From Hemiscyllium ocellatum (lineage: Eukaryota), in the NCBI RefSeq assembly GCF_020745735.1, contig NC_083433.1, positions 8,319,363 through 8,383,362 of the forward strand: 64,000 nucleotides of DNA, read 5' to 3'. The notes under the pieces are model-generated. The model did not search any database and had not been told where the DNA came from. It worked only from the letters and a program-made list of their open reading frames with translations. Made by a program: the position numbers and the translations under genes. Positions 47,201 to 57,419 of the stretch are shown here, piece by piece (position 1 is the stretch's first letter; each line of letters begins with the position of its first letter).

Positions 47201-50200
47201 GTTTGTAACTATTGAGAAAGTCAAATCCCAGTGTTTGTTTTCTGCTATGCAAAAACCGTATAGAAATGAACTGATTCAGTAACTGTTTCCTTTTCCTATT
47301 ACTACTAAAGTATATTTTTGCAAAAAACAGGTCAGTTGCCCATCACTAATTGCCCTTGAAGTAAGGGTAGTAAAGAGTCAGACATGTTACATGTCGGCTA
47401 GACCATGTAGGGTGGCAGATTTCCTTCCCTAAAAGATGTTAATAAACCAGATGGGTTTCTTGAAAGCAAAATGCGATGGTTTTGTAGTCACCATTCCTGA
47501 AGTTAACTTTCAATTCAATGTTTATTAATTTAATTTAAACTCCATCAACAGCCTTGGTGGGATTTGAACCCAAGTTCCCAGAACATTAGCCTGGGCTTTT
47601 TAATTTGAAATTTGCCACTCTTAATTGGTTCTCCAAGTGCACAGGTTTTTGTGTTTCATCACATCTTGAATTTTCCCCCATGTGGGACGAGAAACCTAGC
47701 AGAGTTGTCCGTTGTGTGTTTAAACAAAATCCTAAATCTTGTTCCTGATCTATAGAGCTGTAATATTGACTTCACAAATCACTCATGATGCAATACTGTA
47801 AATGCATTATTTAAGGTTTTTGGATGCAATGGTAAAACAAAGTTCTAGATTGCCCCTGTAATGGATGCACGAGCTCCCATGGATATTGCTAATATCCTGA
47901 CCTACTTTTAGATTTTATACATTCAAGTAACATTATTTATTCAAGGCTGAGTTAAGCAAATTGTTGGTCTATCAGGGAGTCTGGTTTTATGAGAAACAAT
48001 CAAGTGGGCTCAAGGCCATAATCATGAGCTTTAACCTTATTGAATAGCAGAGCAGGTTCAAGGGGCTGAAGGGCTGCCTTCTGTCTTTTCTTTAATGTTC
48101 CTGTTCTCCAGCTGCTATCACAGAAAATAAATTATTCGGCAATTTGTATTCGTAGGAGCTTAGTGTAGAAAATTTACTACTTAACTGTAAAGCATTTTGC
48201 GACATCCTGGCTTCATGAAAGGTGCTATATAAATGCAAATCTTTTTAACAACAATTGTCCTAACTCTGGCCTCATAATTAAGCAATATCTCAGTTTACCT
48301 AATTACCCACAGTGTGAAGGCAACATTCTGATGTGGCTTTCAGAAAGGAGTCAATTAAGACGTGACATGAGTTCTGATCTCTGGTTAGTGCTGAGTTGAC
48401 TGATCTCCCAGTGAGGTAAAGTGTAAAATAAAAGCAGCCTTTAGCCATAAAGAGGTGAATCTCAACTTGCTTTCCACCCCGATCATCATTTGGTGTTTCT
48501 TGTTTACCATTTGGGGCACGCTTAGATTTGTTTGTCAAAATATTAACTTAGTCAAGGATAGTTGAAGGCCCCAAAAATATAGATGGCTTAGAGGGATTTC
48601 AGGAGAATTCTTTTCACCCAGAGATTGGTATGTACCTGGAACTCACTGTCTGAAAGAGTGTTCGAGGCAGGAACCGTTCCAACATTAAAGATGCACATGC
48701 GAAACAATGTAGCATACAAGGCTACAGGCAGATCCTGGGAAATAAGTAACTGATGGCCAGTGTAAACATGATGGGCCAAAGAGCTGCTTGTTGTGTTGTA
48801 AAACCTGTCTTTAAGTGTTGGTGTCGAAGGAGCGGGAGCGTAGCTCAATGAAGGGATAGAAAACATCTTTTAATTAAATACAGTTTCTTTGCATCAGGCC
48901 TGGCTGGATTATCACAAACGATGCTTTGGTCATTTCATTGGAGGCAAATGGGTGAAGCCTGAAAACCGTAAATTCTCCACATCAAAAAACCCTGCTACAG
49001 GTAAGAAGCTCTTCTTTTCTCCAAATAGAAGCATAACACAACTTCCCATCTGCATCTTCATCTTCTCTAGTCATTGGAGATTATGAAAATATTCAGTCTT
49101 ATTTGCTGATTCCCCCTTTCTTCAACCAGTTACTACCTTTGTAAAAAAAAAAATTTCTTCAAGGGGATATAGCTGGAAAAAGCAGCATTTGTTATGAGAA
49201 CTAAGAATGGGACAACACAGGAACTGGCCCTTCGGCCCTCCAAGCCTGCATTGATCCAGATCCTCTATCTAAACCTGCCGCCTATTCTCTATGGCTCTGT
49301 ATCTCTGTGCTCCCTGCCCATTCATGTATCTGTCTAGATACATCTTCAATGATATTATTGCTCCCACCCCTACCACCTCCGCTGGCAGCGCATTCTGGGC
49401 ACCTATCACCCTCTGCATGAAGACTTTTCCACGTGTATCTCCCTAAAACTTTTCCCTTCTCACTTTGAACTTGTGTCCCCTAGTAATTGAGTCCCTCACT
49501 CTTGAAGAAAAAAAGTTTCTTGCTATCCACCCTGTCTACACCTGTCATGATTTTGTAGACCTCAATCAGGCCCCCCCCCAATCTCTTTCTTTCCAATGAA
49601 AATAATCCTAATCTACTCAACCTCTCATCATAGCTAGCATCCTCCATATCAGGCAACATCCTTGTGAACCCCCTCCGTGCCCTCTCCAAAGCATCCACAT
49701 CCTTTTGGTAATGTGACGACCAGAACTGTACGCAGTATTTCAAATGTGGCCCAACCAAAGTTTTATACATCTGTAATATGGCCTGCCAACTGTTGTACTC
49801 AATACCCCGTCCGATAAAGGAAAGCATGCCATATGCTGCCTTGACCACTCTACTGATATGCGTTGCCACCTTCAGGGAACAATGGACTTGTCCATCAGTT
49901 CTCCACAGGACTTTTTCACTTACTGTATAGTTTGCTCTGGAATTAAATGCATCACCTCCCATTTGTCCAGATTGAACTCCATCTGCCATTTCTGTGCCCA
50001 ACTCTCCAATCTATCAATATTCTGTTGTATTATCTGACAGTGACCTCCAATATCTGCTACTCCACCAATCTTAGTATCCCTAAATTGCCCTGGAACTAAG
50101 TGGCTTGAGGGCGATGACAAGTCAGCTGCATTGCTGTGATTGTCTGAAATCACATGTAGGCTAGACCAGGTGAAGATGGCAGATTGTATTCCCTAAAGGG

Positions 50201-53200
50201 CATTAGTAAAGGGGTTTCATAACAATCTGATAGTTGGTCACCATTTCTGAGACTAGCTTCATACCTGATTTATTTAAGTTGCATCAGCTGCTGTGGCAGA
50301 GTTTAAATCTGTGTCCACTGAGCATAAGCCTGGGGTTTGCCTCTAGATTACTAAGCACTACAACACCCCTTTCCCCCTGCCTTAGGCAGGCAATAAGGTG
50401 ATGGTACAGTGAGGCTCCACTGGGTACAGGGTGATGGTATTTCTTTGCCACTCAACACTTCATATGTTCCTGGAACTTACACCCTTCAGGTCTTGTGCAT
50501 AGCTCATGTTTCAGTGTGTGCACTTGGTGAACAAAGCAATCTTTTCCTATTTGGCATTGTTTCACTTAAATGTGATTTTGTATACATTTGTATTGACACA
50601 TAATACACAATTAAACCTCCATCCCAGCTCCCTAACTTGGATAGTTGATGATAAAGAGAGTAATGGAATCCTGTCTGGGACTGAAAAGCCAGTTTGAGTT
50701 CTAGTATTAGCTCCCATATATATTTTGAGCAGCCTGTGCTGGTTTTCCTGGGATTGTAATAGAAAGTTTGGAATGCAATCATTTGTGCTACATTTCTTGG
50801 AGAAGGGGGAAAATGGCTCATTTCCGAGTCGGAAGATTGAGAGATCAAGTCTCTCATTCCTGGACAGGAGCATGGAGTTAGATTAACACTTCAGTGCTGT
50901 GCAGAGGGAGTGCAGTGTCGTCATGCCGGTGCTGTGTTTCTAACATAATAAATCAAACATAAATGTATGTCTGAAAGCTTGAGTGGTAGGTGAATGGAGC
51001 AGTGTAAATTAGGATATGGGCATGTTTGAATTAAGTCATATTTGTACAGCGTAGACGATAGAATGGCATTTATGGGGAACATCAGAAGAGTTGAATCTGG
51101 AGGCAACAAAAACATAGATATGGATTTCAGCAGTAGAACTTAGAGTCGTCAAACTCCCACAATGTGGAAATAGGCCATTTGGCCCATCGAGTCCATAGAG
51201 ACCCTTTGAAGCGCACCCCACTCTATCCCATAACCTGCCATTTACAATGGCTAATCCACCTAGCCTGCATATCTCTGCACGTTATGGGTCTAGGAGAAAG
51301 TGAGGTCTGCAGATGCTGGAGATCAGAGCTGAAAATGTGTTGCTGGAAAAGCGCAGCAGGTCAGGCAGCATCCAAGGAGCAGGAGAATCGACGTTTCGGG
51401 CATGAACCCTTCTTCAGGAACTTTCCTGATTCCTGAAGAAGGGCTCATGCCCGAAACGTCGATTCTCCTGCTCCTTGGATGCATTATGGGTCTACCTTAA
51501 TTGCACATCTCTGGACTTTGGGAGGAAACTGGAACACCCAGAAGAAATCTACACAGACACAGGGAGAACATGGAAACTTCACACAGTCACCTGAGGGTGG
51601 ACTGGAACCGGGACCCTGGCATTGTGAGGCAGCAGTGTTAACCATTGAGCCCCCATGCTCCCCGACAATGGGATGAAATACAGGAGTAGATGTTCAATGC
51701 AGTTCTTTCATGAGCCATGTATCTTATTACATGTGATTAAGGGAGTATTTTAAAGGAATTAGGAGGGTATAGGGGAAAAAATACTTTATTTTGCTTGTAG
51801 CAGTGTCTATGATCAGATGATAATGACAAAATGTGGTGGATGTGTGGAGCTGTCCTCAAAAATGCAGAAGCTGCTGGATAAATCAACCATCCTGAATCTG
51901 AGATAGACAGATATTTGCTAGCTGTGTGTCTGAAGGAATGAGGACTGAGGCAAGTAGATGGAGTTGCAAAGTGGCTGAAGCTTTGACAAAAATAAAACAT
52001 GATTGCATCGACTGGTAGAATAATCCGCAGGGGCTGAATGGCCACCTCCTGTAACTGTGCTCCTGTCCAACCAAGGCATCAAACTTTCATTGAAAATATT
52101 TTATTCTTTCAAGGGGAATCTTTGGCCGACACTGTTGAAGGTGAGGAAGCAGATATAGAGCTGGCGGTGAAAGTTGCAAAGAAAGCTTTTGAGTCCTGGA
52201 GTAAGCTGCCTTGTCACGTGCGAGCAAGACATCTGTACAGGTATGATGCTCAGTCTCACAAGTAACTAAGTCACAGTGTGGGATGTGGGTTTGAATTACT
52301 TCCCCAGACTGTGGCATTGCAAATTACCCTTTGGTCACGCAGAGGTGCTGTTTAAAATAAATTCAGGCAGTCTCATGTTGGCCTTTAGACCACAGCGCAA
52401 TGAACATTCAGCCCTAAAGTTTGCAGAACCTGGGAACTGAGTCAGCGGCAGCAGCAATGACTCCATTCAGGCCCAATTGTTATCAAAACTTTAATTTTTT
52501 TTATAAAAGCAACAAATACTGGAAACACTAAACTGGCCAGGCAGCGTCAGTGAAGAGAAAAACAGAGTTTGCATTTCAGGTCAATGATCTTTCATCAGAC
52601 CCGTGACCTTGATGAATGTGACAGCCCTGCTGAAAGATCATTGACTTGAAGCATTTACTGTCCTTCCCTGTCACCCCATGTTGGCTGGCCTGCTGTTTAT
52701 TTTAGCATTTTTAGCTTTTCTTGCATCTACAGTATTTTGCTTTTATACCAGTTCTGTCCAGTTCCTTCTGGAAGGTAATTGGCACTCTGGGATTTAGTTC
52801 TGCTTATTGTGCAAAGGATATTTTTTCAACTTTCAGCTTTACTAAGCACTGTCTTGGTCACTTGTCTACCTAATTAGTGTCTCTGCACTGTTCTCATTAG
52901 CAGGCTGTTCAGAGATTTATTTTATTGGACATATAGGAAGAAAAGTTGTGTTATTTAAAATGTTTCAGTGCTCAACCATTTTACAAAATCTCATTAAAAT
53001 AATTGGCATTCAGTTCTGGGCAGATAATGAATGTCAAATCAGTCTAGGTCATTCAGTAGCGGTATCAGCTCTCAGGTGATGAAGTCGTTGGTTGTTTACA
53101 AGGAACATAGAAGCAGCAGGACGCCATTCAGCCTTTGAATCTTGACATAATCAGCAATTGAGGGACGTCCAGTTGTGCTGCAGGAGCCAGTTATTCATTA

Positions 53201-56200
53201 TACTAAATTATTGGGCTGATGGCAGTATCACAGATGCCATTAACAACTACAGCAAACTTGTACAGCATTGCAAATGTTAAGCACGTGCTGCATCAGAGTT
53301 CCAACTGTTACATCCATTGATTTCCAGTCTTAATATGTGAAATGAGGCTGCAGTGTGCATAGAACGATGGAAAAATTTGGCTTCTACCATTTGAGGTTAT
53401 TAATGGTAAGTAAAAGCCATAACAGTCATTCAAATTTCCCTCTAGATTATACTGCATTTTTTAAATGACTTTGGCTGGAGCAATTCTTGTATGCTACTTC
53501 TAAATTATTTTTAAAAGTCCTCTTAGCACTGTGCATGTCATACTTGCAAACTGTTCTGTGAGTGGTTCAGGAACATATATTTTGGAATGCTGCAGACTAT
53601 GGTGTGCCAGCGTGGTCACTGTGTGGTGTTCTGTTTTTGCAGTGTTGCCAGAAATGTTCAGAAGCACCAGAGACTATTGAGCGTGCTGGAGAGCTTAGAC
53701 AATGGAAAGCCAATCCGTGAATCACGAGACTGTGATGTCCCGTTGGTAGTGCGACACTTCTATCACCATGCTGGCTGGGCACAGCTGATGGACGTTGAAA
53801 TGAAGAACTGGAAGCCAGTAGGTCAGTATGAGTTCATCAGCGGACACACAAGCCACTTTGACAACAGATCTGCAGAAGCGTGGTACTGAGGATGCCAGAA
53901 ATCTGATGTGAGAGAAATGCATGAAGTGGTCGACAGGTGTGGCAGCAGCTGTTGAGGGACACACAAAGTTAATGTTTCAGCTCTGTGACCTTTCTTCAAA
54001 GCTGTTCCACAGACGTTATTTCAGAACACTATCTGTTGTTTGAACAGACCTCTCTGTGGGTAGCACACTTGTTGCTGAGTCAGAAGCTTCAGGATTCGAG
54101 GCCCACTCCGTATTGTTGAGCACCTAACCCAGGACGGGATGCAGCATTGAGTGAGTGCTGCACTCAGAGGTGACATCGTCACAGAGGTGTACAGCATAAG
54201 AACAGACCCTTTGGTCCAACTAATCCGCATTAACCAGATATCCTAAATTAATCTAGTCCCATATCCCTCTAAACCCTTCCTATTCATATACCCATCCAGA
54301 TGCCTTTTAAATGTTGTAATTGTACCAGCTACCTCCACTCCCTCTGGCAGTTCATTCCATACACGCACCACCCTCTGCGTGAAAAAGTTGCCCCTTAGCT
54401 CCCTTTTTAAATCTTTCCCTTCTAACCTTAAACCTATTCCCTCTGGTTTTGAGCTGTTCTACCCTGGGGAAAAGACCTTGATTATTCACCGTATCCATGC
54501 TCCTCAAGATTTTATAAATCTCTCGAAGGTCATCCCTTGGCCTCTGACGCTCCAGGGAAAATAGTCCCAACCTATTCAGCCTCTCCCTATACCTCGCACC
54601 CTCTTTTCTAAACACTTTCTAGATGAGATGGTAAATTGAGACCTCCCATACCAAATGCTTAAAATAGCTTGTGACATTATTTTTAAGGAGGACAGTGGAG
54701 TTACCCTCTGTCCTAATCAATATTTATCTCTCTCCCTACATTAATAAAACAATTTACTTGATCACAATGCTAATTGTGAGAGGTTACTGTGCACTGTTTG
54801 ATTGTAACATTTCCTACATTGGAACAGTGGCTACATTTAAAAAAAAAGCTTTATTGACTATATTGTGCCTTTAGCATTACAAGGTCAGTAAAGATTCTGA
54901 AAGAATACTAATTGGAATGAATCATTTATCAAGCTCTTAGCTAGGCAGAAGGCCATGTCATTGTGGAGAGTCATTCAGTACTTTATAATGCACACGATGC
55001 CTGTGTTCCCATTGAATGAGTTTGGCTGGAGCCATTCTTGTGTGCTACTTTAAGGCACCTCCTTTTCATTGTTCTCTGTCAATCTGTACAAATGATACCC
55101 TGACCTCGATGAAGATTTCCTAAATAACTTTTGTGCCATGTGTCATTATTGTATCCTACCACTAGGTGGAGGTAACAGACTGTGTTTAAATAAAAAGCAG
55201 GAAGGTATGGTACAGTATTTTTGAGTCCGAGATCTCAAGCTTCAGAACTCCGTTTTAGTGAGGTCATTAAATGAGATTCGTACAAACTCCCATCCAAAGC
55301 CCTTTTCAGATTTCCACATCACATCCATGAAATGCTGTTTATTTCTTGGTGTACTGCAGTGTATTGTAAACTGGTGTGCAAAATGAGATTGCACAAAAGG
55401 CACTGAATGTTGGAACACATGTTAAAGGCTTGAAAGGGGGAAAGAGCTGGGAGTATTTTTGCTGCAAATGGCAGAACCAAAACAGTTGGAATCGAATCGA
55501 ATGCCCTACAGTGTGGAAACAGGCCCTTCGGCCCATCCAGTCCACACCAACCCTCCAAAGAGCAATCCACCCAGACCCATTTCCCTCTGACTAATGCACC
55601 TAACACTATGGACAATTTAGCATGATCAATTCACCTAACCTGCACATTTTTGATCTGTGGGAGGAATCGGGAGCACACCCACACAGACGCGGGGAGAATG
55701 TGCAAACTCACACAAACAGTCGCCCGAGGCTGGAATCGAACCTGGGACCCTGGTGCTGTGAGGCACCAGTGCTAACTATTGAGCCACCGTGCCACCCATT
55801 GTGATGTGGTTGTTTCAGCAGAGGAGAGGATACAGAGACCTCAGGGCACTGCCTGACTAGCAAATTGCTACCAACAGTATTTTTTTTTGATTTAGTTCTG
55901 TCAAATGTCCTCCTTCTACCTCCGTTTGAAGGCAGTGAGTTGTGTTCTAGTGGACTGTCACATACCAGTGATCCAGCAATGCACCACATTCAAGTAGCCG
56001 CAACTCAGGAGCAGAAGGAGGCAATTCGGCCCATTTAATCAGCTCCACCATTTGATGAGTTGGCTGATCTGATAATCCTCAATTCCATTCTTCTGCCTCA
56101 TCCCCAATAGACCATAAGATGAAGGAATATAAGTAGGACTTAGAAATGCCTGAGGTGTGTAAGGTTTTTTGTCAAACTCTTTGATCATGAAAGGAAAGCA

Positions 56201-57357
56201 TCAAAGCTAAGCTGGGTTGTGTCATGTGACCACCCCCAACCTAAGCTGACCTTTCACATTCCACAAAGACATCAGTAGTACAAACTCCTGCAACATGGAC
56301 ATAGAGTCAAACTCTCATTACATTGTGTTCAGCAAAGACTCTCAGAGCAGCCACTGCATGGGGTCTAGATACAGAATAAAGTTCCCTCCATGCTGTTCTC
56401 ATCAAACACTCCCAGGGAAAGTACAACATGAGCTGAATACATAGCGTTCTCTGTCATGTTTTCTTTACTCAGCGAGTCATGAGTTCATGGAATGCCCTGC
56501 CAGTAGCAGTGGTGGACTCTCCCTCTTTATGGGCATTTAAACAGGCATTGGATAGGCATATGGAGGAAAGTGGGCTAGTGTAGGTTAGGTGGGCTTGGAT
56601 CGGCGCAACATCGAGGGCCGAAGGGCCTGTACTGCGCTGTATTTTTCTATGTTCTATGTCCTAGCTTAGAGTCCGATAAAGTTACCCTAGACAAAATATG
56701 ATTTAGAAATACCAGTCACCTCCTTTTATACTGCTCCATTTAGGACTCCTAGATCAGCAGCAACAAGTGATAGACACAATTAACTTGACCTCATCAGGCC
56801 TACTTGGATCATGCATAGTTTTGTACATTCCACCTAACCTTGGAGGAGCTTGCCTGTTCTCCCAGTGTTGTCCATGCCATTTTCCACACCATGCTCCCTT
56901 GTGGCACCTTCGTGGTGCTGAAAAATGAGTATCAAATTCAGTTGAATAACTGTATTTACTAGGAGGTGGGATATCTCAAAATTGATTGAGCATTTTAAGA
57001 ACATCAGTAGCATTCATCACCTAAAACTAGAGGATTATTACAGACAGCAGAGATGCTGCATTCTTTTTTAAAATCCTCTCTGCCAACTATCTCCCACTTG
57101 TGTAATCTTAAATCATTTGCTTTTGCAGTAGACAGCATATAAACCTTTGTCAAAGGTGGAAAACTATGCAAAAATGTCATAGTTCTGCACAGTGAAGATT
57201 GTAAAATCTTTGAATGTCCTGTCCTGTTATGTTTTGTTACTCTATTTAATGACAAACCTTTTCCTTCCCCTTTATCCAGGTGTTGTTGCAGCGATTGTTC
57301 CGTGGAACTTCCCTTTGATGTTGCTGACGTGGAAAATTTGTCCAGCTCTCGCTATGG
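38188..57357 (+). CDS. ALDH16A1: Aldehyde dehydrogenase 16 family member A1, exons 1-5: join(38188..38283,48898..49000,52114..52240,53643..53821,57280..57357); continues beyond window
   Basis: In-frame GT-AG exons: [32 protein letters not shown] / [34 protein letters not shown] / [43 protein letters not shown] / [59 protein letters not shown] / [27 protein letters not shown]. EIFxTMxYGPAPE and [30 protein letters not shown] are ALDH16 signatures. Confidence 0.95.
38585..38920. mobile_element. Third fold-back family, with a half copy of the 7159-type element inserted (about 38718-38822)
   Basis: aaaaatcactcaacaccaggttataatcca..ggaaatacaagccttt is the inverse of aaaggcttgtacttccaaa..tggactataacctggtgttgtgattttt; only a degenerate core (cctgccgaaggagcagcgctctgaaa) remains. 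Confidence 0.7.
40330..41050 (-). mobile_element. Degenerate CR1 LINE 3' portion
   Basis: ORF 40414 [21 protein letters not shown]. Confidence 0.75.
42330..43445 (+). mobile_element. LINE 3' portion (second family, longest copy)
   Basis: RT C-terminal-like peptide [28 protein letters not shown]; 3' end shared with several other copies. Confidence 0.8.
44724..44987 (+). mobile_element. Young CR1 LINE 3' end; near-identical copy at 56461-56664
   Basis: [29 protein letters not shown] and a (ttctatg)n tail. Confidence 0.85.
46600..47075 (+). mobile_element. Probable L1/Tx1-clade LINE ORF2 C-terminal relic
   Basis: Frameshifted peptides ETIT..; [44 protein letters not shown] resemble the zinc-knuckle/C-terminal region of Tx1-like elements. 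Confidence 0.5.
48898..49000 (+). CDS. ALDH16A1: ALDH16A1 exon 2
   Basis: 103 nt; acceptor catcag, donor gtaag; [26 protein letters not shown]. Confidence 0.95.
49200..50078 (-). mobile_element. CR1 LINE 3' portion
   Basis: ORFs 49920 ([23 protein letters not shown]) and 49480 ([17 protein letters not shown]). Confidence 0.92.
51293..51483. mobile_element. Young fold-back retroelement with hammerhead cores on both strands and 11-bp TSD
   Basis: TSD TTATGGGTCTA at 51282-51292 and 51484-51494; long left arm, truncated right arm. Confidence 0.9.
51429..51464 (+). ncRNA. Minimal type I hammerhead ribozyme motif (sense to ALDH16A1 pre-mRNA)
   Basis: AUUC CUGAAGA A GGGC UCAU GCCC GAAAC GUC GAUU; a mirror copy lies on the minus strand at 51387-51420 (stem II GGGU/GCCC). 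Confidence 0.72.
52114..52240 (+). CDS. ALDH16A1: ALDH16A1 exon 3
   Basis: 127 nt; acceptor ttcaag, donor gtatga. Confidence 0.95.
53643..53821 (+). CDS. ALDH16A1: ALDH16A1 exon 4
   Basis: 179 nt; acceptor ttttgcag, donor gtcagt; contains ESLDNGKP. Confidence 0.96.
54180..54600 (-). mobile_element. CR1 LINE 3' portion inserted in a Deu-domain SINE (54060-54880, +)
   Basis: ORF 54352 [15 protein letters not shown]; the Deu core gagtgctgcactcagaggtgacatc resumes as ttctagatgagatggtaaa after the insertion. Confidence 0.82.
55495..55798 (-). mobile_element. HE1/V-SINE
   Basis: Full head-to-tail reverse complement. Confidence 0.88.
57280..57357 (+). CDS. ALDH16A1: ALDH16A1 exon 5; absent from the ORF track
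   Basis: 78 nt; acceptor tttatccag, donor gtgag; [27 protein letters not shown]. Confidence 0.95.
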
Positions 57358-57419
57358 GTGAGACATGACACCTCAAAGGCATCTCTAGCTAGCAGCGATC
57401 GTAGTGTAATCTAAATTAC

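Larger units (their letters stand above)
51150..51660 (-). mobile_element. HE1 SINE interrupted by a fold-back element
   Basis: SINE tail at 51150-51292; head and V-domain at 51484-51660. Confidence 0.82.
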
